From an uncultured Eubacteriales bacterium (lineage in GTDB: Bacteria > Bacillota > Clostridia > TANB77 > RGIG9151): DNA of 13,864 nucleotides. The notes beneath the pieces were generated by a model. The model was not told the origin of the DNA. It saw only the letters and a list, made by a program, of their open reading frames with translations, and made no database searches. The stretch is taken from NCBI GenBank assembly GCA_964631135.1, contig CAZVVZ010000008.1, forward strand, positions 4,810 through 18,673. Direction: 5' to 3'. Position numbers and translations under genes: made by a program. Positions 8,004 to 13,864 of this stretch are shown one piece after another. The stretch's first letter is position 1. Each line of letters starts with the position of its first letter.

Positions 8004-8789
8004 TTAGTTAAATGCAATTCCTGAAATACCTGTGTCTGTATAATATGCACCTTGGTAAGCATCTAAAATAGTTAATCTTATTGACGAAGTTACTTTTGGA
8101 GAATCAAATGTAATAGTGTAGCCCTTTTCTGCTTCAGAATATTTTGCTTTTGGAATGTCTTCTGTAATAATTTCTCCATCAGAAAATTCAATAGAAAATT
8201 TTTTTATTCTTCCGTTATTTGCATAAACTTTATCATTTTTTAAGTATCCGTTATATATAGTAATAGAAGAAACTGTCTGCTCACTTTCAGCAGAGTACAT
8301 AAGCCATTCACCAATTCCGTTGCCACGTACTCCTTCAAGCCATGCTGTGTCGAGCTTTCCATCTATAGTTAATTCAGGTTCATAGTCCTTTAATGAAGAA
8401 GATGCACTTACTTTAGAAAAAGCAGGAGGAGTAATTTCTTCCGGCTGCTCTTCAATAGGCGGCTGTGCAACTTCAGGCTCAGGCTCGTCAATCTGCTGAA
8501 CAATTTCATTTTCATTAGAAACAGGTGGAACTTCGCTATTAGTTTCAGATGGATTTTCTTCTTCGTTTTTTTGCATAACAGCTAATACATTATTATAAAA
8601 TGTCATGAAATTATCTTTTGCACCAGGTACATAAATTATATAAGAAATCGCACCTACCGCTACTAATATAAGAATTGAAAAATATATTCCTACTCTACTC
8701 TTGTGCTTTTTTCCCCATGGTGTGCCACAATTTTTGCAAACCAAGTCTACTCCGCTCATTTCAGCGCCGCAATTTTTACATGAAAGCAT
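8004..8789 (-). CDS. Zinc-ribbon membrane-anchored protein with a Pro/Glu-rich linker and a C-terminal discoidin/F5-8 type C-like (NADase-type glycan-binding-like) domain
   Basis: CKNCGAEM...CKNCGTPW zinc ribbon, then a TM helix (VGIYFSILILVAVGAISYIIYV), a PE-rich linker, and a beta-rich domain (DGKLDTAWLEG...GEWLMY...IYNGY). Start moved to Met16 (8789) because GGAGG (8796-8800 on -) precedes it. The 8834 start has no Shine-Dalgarno. Confidence 0.65.
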   Translation of the reverse strand: MLSCKNCGAEMSGVDLVCKNCGTPWGKKHKSRVGIYFSILILVAVGAISYIIYVPGAKDNFMTFYNNVLAVMQKNEEENPSETNSEVPPVSNENEIVQQIDEPEPEVAQPPIEEQPEEITPPAFSKVSASSSLKDYEPELTIDGKLDTAWLEGVRGNGIGEWLMYSAESEQTVSSITIYNGYLKNDKVYANNGRIKKFSIEFSDGEIITEDIPKAKYSEAEKGYTITFDSPKVTSSIRLTILDAYQGAYYTDTGISGIAFN

Positions 8790-8859
8790 AATTACCTCCG
8801 AATTGTCAATATTTACTTCTAATAGTATATCCAATTAAATTTATTTTGTCATTATAAAT

Positions 8860-8890
8860 TTGACATTTTGTAAAAAAATTGTATTATAAT
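8860..8890 (+). promoter_or_regulatory. Sigma-A-type promoter for plsX
   Basis: TTGACA (8860-8865), then the -10 region TGTATTATAAT (8880-8890). Depending on register, TATTAT gives a 16-nt spacer and TATAAT a 19-nt spacer. Confidence 0.5.
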
Positions 8891-8936
8891 AGAGTAGTGG
8901 TTTTAAAACAAAAACTAAAGGAGAGATAAAATACAT

Positions 8937-9917
8937 ATGAAAATAATAGTTGATGCTATGGGAGGAGATAATGCACCTGACGAAATAATAAAAGGAGCAG
9001 TTGAGGCAGCATCACAAGTTGATGCTACTATTGTTTTAGTCGGCAATGCGAAAATAATAAAGGACCGCTTAGAAAAACTAGGTCAGCCTGATAATATAAA
9101 GGTAAAGCATGCAAGTGAAATAATATCTAATGATGATATTCCAACAAAAGCAATAAAGTCAAAAAAAGATTCATCAATGGTTGTTGGGCTTAATATGATA
9201 AAAGAAAAAGAAGGAGAAGTTTTTATTTCTGCCGGTAGCACAGGTGCCTTACTTTCGGGAGCTTTGCTTATTGTTGGCAGAATAAAAGGAATTTCAAGGC
9301 CAACTCTTTGTCCAACATTGCCTTCTAAAAAAGGCCCATTTGTGATAGTTGATGCAGGTGCAAATACAAACTGTAAACCGGAATATTTAGTTCAGTTTGC
9401 ACATATGGGAAATGTTTATTGTAAAAATATTTTGGGAATAAGAAATCCTCGGGTCGGGCTACTTAATATCGGAACAGAAGAAGAAAAGGGCAATGACTTG
9501 ACTAAAGCAGCTTATCCGTTATTAAAGAAAGAGAATATTAACTTTATTGGAAATATTGAAGGTAGAGATTTAATGCTTGGTAATGTTGATGTTGTAGTTT
9601 GCGACGGCTTTTCAGGAAATCTTGTATTAAAAACTTTAGAAGGATTTGGATTAGCCGTTTTTGACATATTGAAAGAGTCTGTTGTAAAAAGTATTACAAG
9701 AAAAATCGGTGCTTTATTGATTAAACCCGCATTACGTGAAATAAAGCACAAAATGGATTATACGGAGTATGGGGGGGCACTGCTGTTGGGTATAGATGGG
9801 GGTATTGTTAAGTGCCACGGTACATCTAAGGCTCGTGAAATAAAATCTGCAATACTGCAAGCATATGAATTTGAAAAAACTAATACAATAGAAAATATAA
9901 AAGAAGCAATAAAATAG
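8937..9917 (+). CDS. plsX: Phosphate acyltransferase PlsX
   Basis: N-terminal MKIIVDAMGGDNAP hallmark, 326 aa, with typical PlsX conservation throughout and classic linkage to acpP and rnc. Confidence 0.95.
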   Translation: MKIIVDAMGGDNAPDEIIKGAVEAASQVDATIVLVGNAKIIKDRLEKLGQPDNIKVKHASEIISNDDIPTKAIKSKKDSSMVVGLNMIKEKEGEVFISAGSTGALLSGALLIVGRIKGISRPTLCPTLPSKKGPFVIVDAGANTNCKPEYLVQFAHMGNVYCKNILGIRNPRVGLLNIGTEEEKGNDLTKAAYPLLKKENINFIGNIEGRDLMLGNVDVVVCDGFSGNLVLKTLEGFGLAVFDILKESVVKSITRKIGALLIKPALREIKHKMDYTEYGGALLLGIDGGIVKCHGTSKAREIKSAILQAYEFEKTNTIENIKEAIK

Positions 9918-9945
9918 TTGCAATTTTAAAAAAAGTTGATATACT
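9918..9945 (+). promoter_or_regulatory. Sigma-A-type promoter for acpP (extended -10)
   Basis: TTGCAA (9918-9923), 16-nt spacer, TGATATACT (9937-9945). It lies just after the plsX stop. Confidence 0.5.
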
Positions 9946-10045
9946 TTTATTTGAGATTTTTAAATTTCATGTAAAGAGTTTAAATTTTACTGCCGATATT
10001 GCTTTTGTGGTAAGTGGTAAAATTTTGGAAGGGGGTGAATTGTAG

Positions 10046-10282
10046 ATGGTTTTCGAAAAGGTGAAAGAAATTATTGTTTCACAACTTGGAGTAGAGGAAG
10101 ATGAAGTTACTTTAGAATCTTCTTTTGTTGATGACCTTGGGGCTGACTCCCTTGATATGGTAGAATTCGTTATGGTTTTAGAAGAGGAATTCAATATTGA
10201 GGTACCGGAAACTGATGCAGATAAGATAGTAACAGTAGGTGATGCTGTCGAGTATATAAAAGCTCATCAAAATAATAACTAA
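10046..10282 (+). CDS. acpP: Acyl carrier protein
   Basis: 78 aa with the phosphopantetheine attachment motif [22 protein letters not shown] Shine-Dalgarno upstream. Confidence 0.95.
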   Translation: MVFEKVKEIIVSQLGVEEDEVTLESSFVDDLGADSLDMVEFVMVLEEEFNIEVPETDADKIVTVGDAVEYIKAHQNNN

Positions 10283-10299
10283 GAGCGAGAAATTTTTGG

Positions 10300-10338
10300 T
10301 AGGCTGTTGAATTGGTTTCAACAGCCTATTATACAATT
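10300..10338 (+). terminator. Hairpin downstream of acpP (terminator or attenuator; weak U-tract)
   Basis: 12-bp stem TAGGCTGTTGAA (10300-10311) / TTCAACAGCCTA (10317-10328), 5-nt loop. The tail TTATACAATT is only moderately T-rich. Confidence 0.5.
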
Positions 10339-10540
10339 AAAAATGTTTGCTAACTAAGCTTAATTTAATAATAAATATGTTTCCATTATCAGAATTGTAT
10401 CTTATTAAATTAAGCATGGTCAGTAGAAAAGAACGGAATTGCAATAAATGAAGTATTTACTGCAACAAAATACATAAACTATATGCTAGGGGTGAAGAAT
10501 AGCTACTGTTCATGTTCGGGCCTGAACAGTACCGAAAAAT

Positions 10541-11224
10541 ATGGAAAATTTAGATATATTACAAAATAATTTGCAATATCATTTTAAAAACATAAATTTA
10601 TTAGAAACAGCACTTTCTCATACTTCATATGCTCATGAAAAGTCTCCTTACACAAAGAGTAACGAAAGACTTGAATTTTTAGGAGACACTGTATTAAATC
10701 TTGTTATAAGCGAAAAAATTTATATGCATAAACCGGAGATATCAGAAGGAAATATGAGCAAAATAAGGGCTACAGTAATATGTGAAGATGCATTATATGA
10801 AGTTGCATTAAAACTTGAATATAATAAGTTTATTAAACTGGGAGTTGGAGAAGAAAGGTTAGGAGGCAGCAATAAACCTTCTATATTGGCAGATGCTTTT
10901 GAGGCTGTTATTGCGGCTATTTATTTAGACGGAGGGTTTGAATCCGCAAAAGAATTTATATTACGTAATTTAGGACAAGTTGCCGAAGATGCTGTTGGAA
11001 AATTAGGTCAAAAAGACCATAAAACTAAGTTGCAAGAAATTTTACAAAAAGATAAATCTAAAAAAATAATTTATGAAATAGTAGGAGAAAACGGGCCGGC
11101 ACATAAAAGAAAATATGTAGCTGTTGTAAAGTTCGGCGATAAAATTCTAGGACAAGGAAACGGGAACAGTAAAAAAGAGGCGGAGCAGAATGCCGCTAAT
11201 GCTGCTTTAGAAAAAATTAAGTAA
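10541..11224 (+). CDS. rnc: Ribonuclease III
   Basis: RNase III signature ERLEFLGDTVL. C-terminal dsRNA-binding domain (GPAHKRKYVAVV...GNSKKEAEQNAANAAL). An in-frame TGA at 10523 excludes an upstream start. No obvious Shine-Dalgarno. Confidence 0.93.
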   Translation: MENLDILQNNLQYHFKNINLLETALSHTSYAHEKSPYTKSNERLEFLGDTVLNLVISEKIYMHKPEISEGNMSKIRATVICEDALYEVALKLEYNKFIKLGVGEERLGGSNKPSILADAFEAVIAAIYLDGGFESAKEFILRNLGQVAEDAVGKLGQKDHKTKLQEILQKDKSKKIIYEIVGENGPAHKRKYVAVVKFGDKILGQGNGNSKKEAEQNAANAALEKIK

Positions 11225-11243
11225 AAAATTTTCTGCTAAAAAA

Positions 11244-11335
11244 GGGGCTGTAAAAAACTCCATCTAGATAGCAAATACCTCATACATTTAAATATATGAG
11301 GTATTTACTATTTAGTGGAGTCCTTTTACAGCTCC
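11244..11335. terminator. 92-nt imperfect palindrome between convergent rnc and veg; probable bidirectional intrinsic terminator, and possibly a separate repeat family
   Basis: The arms pair as GGGGCTGTAAAA/TTTTACAGCTCC (11 of 12), ACTCCA/TGGAGT, CTAGATAG/CTATTTAG (7 of 8) and AAATACCTCATA/TATGAGGTATTT (12 bp). The loop is about 10 nt. A6 run at 11238-11243 gives a U-tract for the - strand; TTAATTTTT follows on the + strand. Confidence 0.6.
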
Positions 11336-11351
11336 TTAATTTTTACAGCCC

Positions 11352-11621
11352 TTAATTAAGAAAATTTTGAATGTTTAAGTTATCTGAACAACGAATTACT
11401 TCAATCGTGTTTGTAAGTACATCAGTATAACTATATGAAATTCTTCTTGTTGACTGCTCATCTTCAAACTTTACAGTAAATATGCTTGGATATGCGCTCT
11501 CAACAACACCTTCTTTTGTAAGTACTTTCTTTTTACCTTTGTTGGTAGTAACTCTTACACTTTGACCAATACAGAAGCCTATGTCTTCTTTTAACTTTGA
11601 TAGATCATTTTTCCTAATCAT
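11352..11621 (-). CDS. veg: Veg-family protein (biofilm formation stimulator Veg)
   Basis: 89 aa resembling B. subtilis Veg (…GILAETYPSVF…ERVSYSYADILTE…), here VVESAYPSIFTVKF…RRISYSYTDVLTNTIEV. GAGGTGG Shine-Dalgarno and a strong sigma-A-like promoter upstream on the - strand. Confidence 0.85.
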   Translation of the reverse strand: MIRKNDLSKLKEDIGFCIGQSVRVTTNKGKKKVLTKEGVVESAYPSIFTVKFEDEQSTRRISYSYTDVLTNTIEVIRCSDNLNIQNFLN

Positions 11622-11651
11622 TCGACCACCTCATTAGTAAATTATGTTGTT

Positions 11652-11680
11652 AGAATAACATAAAAAAACGATTTTGTCAA
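11652..11680 (-). promoter_or_regulatory. Sigma-A-type promoter for veg (extended -10)
   Basis: On the - strand: TTGACA (11680-11675), 17-nt spacer, TGTTATTCT (-10 hexamer at 11657-11652). A second TTGACA lies at 11700-11695. Confidence 0.55.
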
Positions 11681-11811
11681 AGACAGGCGATTATTGTCAA
11701 ATGCACTCTGCAAAAGGTTTTGAATAGGGTTACTAGTTATGTTAATTGGGTAAAAACGACTGTTAAAGCCAAAGTTATTTTATCAAAAAAAATAAAAATA
11801 ATTTTCTTGAT

Positions 11812-11981
11812 AGCTACTGGTCAGAGTACATGAAATAAGATACATGTTTCATCGGAACTCAGGATTTGCAACGAAAGACTTTAAAAAAATACGGGAAGTC
11901 TTTCGGCAAATATTCGTTCCTTTTAAAACATGTATCTTATTTCATGTACTCTGACCAGTGACATATACTCTGACCAGTAAC
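11812..11981 (+). repeat. Long-hairpin intergenic element, full copy B (same core, diverged but still complementary arms, duplicated right terminus)
   Basis: Perfect 34-bp stem 11816-11849/11926-11959. Inner pairings are GGAAC/GTTCC, ATTTGC/GCAAAT and CGAAAGACTT/AAGTCTTTCG, closing a 14-nt loop. The right terminus TACTCTGACCAGT occurs twice (11947-11959 and 11966-11978). Confidence 0.85.
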
Positions 11982-12010
11982 CAACTATGCGAATATTTTC
12001 TGAAAAACAC

Positions 12011-12039
12011 TTGATTTTGCAACAAACTTGTGATATATT
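12011..12039 (+). promoter_or_regulatory. Sigma-A-type promoter for rpsB-tsf (extended -10)
   Basis: TTGATT (12011-12016), 17-nt spacer ending in TGA, TATATT (12034-12039). This predicts a leader of about 100 nt. Confidence 0.5.
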
Positions 12040-12143
12040 ATTTCAGTAAAAAATCACACATACCTATAAACCACTAATGGTGCCGATTTTTCGGTTAGTG
12101 AATGTAAATAGATATGGCGGATAAAACCAAAGGAGGAAAAAAT

Positions 12144-12887
12144 ATGTCAGTTATCGCAATGAAGGCTTTACTTGAGGCCGGTGTACATTTTGGTCACCAA
12201 ACAAGAAGATGGAATCCAAAAATGGCTGAATACATCTTTACAGCTAGAAACGGAATCTATATTATCGATTTACAAAAAACTTCTAAAAAGGTTGATGAAG
12301 CATATAGCTTTATTAAATCTATTGCAGAAGAAGGAAAATCTATTTTGTTCGTAGGAACTAAGAAACAAGCTCAAGATGCTATCCGTGAGGAAGCTGAAAG
12401 ATGTGGAATGTACTATGTTAACCAAAGATGGTTAGGTGGTATGCTTACAAACTTCAAAACTATTACAAAGAGAATAGAACGTTTAAAAGAATTAGAAAAA
12501 ATGTCTACTGACGGAACATTTGATGTACTTCCTAAAAAAGAAGTTATTCAACTAAAAAATGAGATGGAAAAATTAGAAAAGAATTTAGGCGGAATCAAGG
12601 ATATGAAGGAACTTCCGGGTGCTTTATTTATCGTTGATCCTAAGAAAGAACATATTGCTGTTTTAGAAGCAAGAAAGTTGAATATTCCTATCGTTGGTAT
12701 TGTTGATACAAACTGTGATCCTGATGATACAGATTATGTTATCCCTGCTAATGATGATGCAATTCGTGCCGTTAAACTTATTGCCGGAGCTATGGCTGAC
12801 GGAATTATTGAAGTTAACCAAGGCGAAATGGGAGAAGTAGCGGAAACTAACGAAGTTGCTAGCGAAGAAGAAGCAACACAAGAATAA
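12144..12887 (+). CDS. rpsB: 30S ribosomal protein S2
   Basis: [27 protein letters not shown] is the canonical S2 N-terminus. AAAGGAGG lies 7 nt upstream of ATG 12144. The track's 12114 start would put the Shine-Dalgarno inside the coding sequence. Confidence 0.93.
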   Translation: MSVIAMKALLEAGVHFGHQTRRWNPKMAEYIFTARNGIYIIDLQKTSKKVDEAYSFIKSIAEEGKSILFVGTKKQAQDAIREEAERCGMYYVNQRWLGGMLTNFKTITKRIERLKELEKMSTDGTFDVLPKKEVIQLKNEMEKLEKNLGGIKDMKELPGALFIVDPKKEHIAVLEARKLNIPIVGIVDTNCDPDDTDYVIPANDDAIRAVKLIAGAMADGIIEVNQGEMGEVAETNEVASEEEATQE

Positions 12888-12892
12888 TCTTG

Positions 12893-12940
12893 AAAAGGGG
12901 TAGCCTATGAAGAAAATATTTTCAAGGTTTCCCCTTTTTT
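12893..12940 (+). terminator. Hairpin plus T-run between rpsB and tsf (partial terminator/attenuator)
   Basis: AAAAGGGG (12893-12900) pairs with CCCCTTTT (12931-12938). Inner pairing includes the GAAAATATTTTC palindrome. The T-run ends at 12940. tsf has its own Shine-Dalgarno 20 nt further on. Confidence 0.5.
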
Positions 12941-12973
12941 GAGTATAGATTAAAAATTAAGGAGGATATTATT

Positions 12974-13864
12974 ATGATTACTGCTGCTATGGTAAAAGAA
13001 TTAAGAGAGATTACAAGTGCCGGTATGTTGGACTGCCAAAAGGCATTAAAAGAAACAGACGGAAATATGGAGAAAGCTATTGAATTTTTAAGAGAAAAAG
13101 GATTGGCAACTGCGGCTAAAAAAGCAGGAAGAATTGCTGCTGAAGGTATTGTAAAGGCATATATTACAGACGACAAAAAAGTTGGAGTTTTACTTGAAGT
13201 TAACTCTGAAACTGACTTTGTTGCTAAAAATGATGAATTTCAAAACTTTGTTGCAGACGTAGCAAAAATTATTGCAGATAAAAATCCAAGCGATATTGAA
13301 GCATTAAAAGCAATGGATTATAACGGTGAAACTGTTGAAGCTAAGCTTACAGCTTTAATTGCTAAGATTGGGGAAAATATGAATATCAGACGTTTTGCAA
13401 GAATTGAAGGAAATGTTTGCTCTTACACTCATGCCGGTGGAAGAATTGGTGTACTTGTTCAAGCTGAAAATGCTTTAGACAAAGAAGATTCGTATGAAGC
13501 AGCTAGAGATGTTGCTATGCAAATTGCTGCAATTAACCCTTCATATTTGACTAAAGAAGTAGTACCTGCCAGTGATGTTGAAAAAGAGAAGGAAATTATT
13601 ATTGCACAAATTAAGGAAGATCCTAAGAATGCTAATAAGCCGGAAAATATTATTGACAAGATGGTTATGGGTAAAATCAATAAATTTTACGAGACAAATT
13701 GCTTACTTCAACAAGAATTCGTTAAAAATAACGATCAAAAAGTTCAGGCTTACCTTGCATCTCATGGTGTAAACTTAACGAACTTTGTAAGATTTGAAAA
13801 AGGTGAAGGCCTTCAGAAAAAGGAAGAAAACTTTGCTGAAGAAGTTATGAAACAAATCAAGTAA
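12974..13864 (+). CDS. tsf: Translation elongation factor Ts
   Basis: N-terminal UBA-like MITAAMVKELREITSAGMLDCQKALKETDGNMEKAIEFLREKG. 296 aa, follows rpsB as usual. AAGGAGG Shine-Dalgarno. Stop TAA at 13862-13864, so the gene is complete. Confidence 0.95.
   Translation: MITAAMVKELREITSAGMLDCQKALKETDGNMEKAIEFLREKGLATAAKKAGRIAAEGIVKAYITDDKKVGVLLEVNSETDFVAKNDEFQNFVADVAKIIADKNPSDIEALKAMDYNGETVEAKLTALIAKIGENMNIRRFARIEGNVCSYTHAGGRIGVLVQAENALDKEDSYEAARDVAMQIAAINPSYLTKEVVPASDVEKEKEIIIAQIKEDPKNANKPENIIDKMVMGKINKFYETNCLLQQEFVKNNDQKVQAYLASHGVNLTNFVRFEKGEGLQKKEENFAEEVMKQIK

Noticed and set aside
3734-11981. Whether the three repeated segments could be a CRISPR array or its remnants.
   Set aside because: The copies are about 4 kb apart and separated by housekeeping genes. 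They are 70-170 nt long, are themselves long hairpins, and no cas genes are present.
1051-13772. Fifteen short ORFs in the track that lie inside, or antisense to, the long genes: 1051-1329(-), 1895-2134(-), 2469-2699(-), 3066-3395(-), 3405-3680(-), 5125-5310(-), 5949-6200(-), 9512-9751(-), 9732-9923(-), 9967-10194(-), 12172-12354(+), 12663-12881(-), 12922-13176(-), 13459-13680(-), 13572-13772(+).
   Set aside because: All overlap confidently identified conserved genes. Their translations are low-complexity (S/I/F/L/K-rich) with no recognisable motifs and no Shine-Dalgarno. They are typical shadow ORFs of AT-rich coding sequence.
1-13864. A defence island, prophage, toxin-antitoxin or other accessory system hidden among the genes.
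   Set aside because: Every ORF above 85 aa has a confident housekeeping or metabolic assignment, except the zinc-ribbon/discoidin protein. Intergenic spaces are accounted for by promoters, terminators and the palindromic elements. I saw no obvious compositional shift by eye. There are no nuclease, ATPase, integrase or toxin signatures.

Overview
This is an AT-rich (roughly one-third GC) window that looks like Firmicutes/Clostridia core chromosome, not an accessory island. I support 14 protein genes, 12 on the + strand. They are: the 3' end of a PAS-domain, HydS/Hfs-like sensory gene; a SpoIIE/PP2C phosphatase translationally coupled to it; a YfcE-type metallophosphoesterase; a 477-aa [FeFe]-hydrogenase; a monofunctional GT51 peptidoglycan transglycosylase; a YebC/PmpR-family protein; a long U32-family protein; a zinc-ribbon membrane protein with a discoidin-like domain (- strand); plsX; acpP; rnc; veg (- strand); rpsB; and tsf. 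I see no transposase, integrase, reverse transcriptase, CRISPR array, tRNA/rRNA or recognisable defence gene. The one thing gene annotation does not explain is a family of long-hairpin intergenic elements. Two full copies (7799-7963 and about 11812-11981) and one decayed copy (about 3734-3806) share an asymmetric core of about 65-70 nt in the same orientation. The 34-47 bp flanking arms have diverged between the two full copies, yet pairing is preserved by changes on both arms. I cannot assign this element to a named family from memory. A different 92-nt palindrome lies between rnc and veg. Secondary observations are the sensor-hydrogenase/PP2C/catalytic-hydrogenase arrangement, a structured acpP-rnc spacer with no Shine-Dalgarno for rnc, and an exact Fe-S cysteine motif in the U32 protein. 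All calls come from reading the sequence and the ORF translations; no searches were run.
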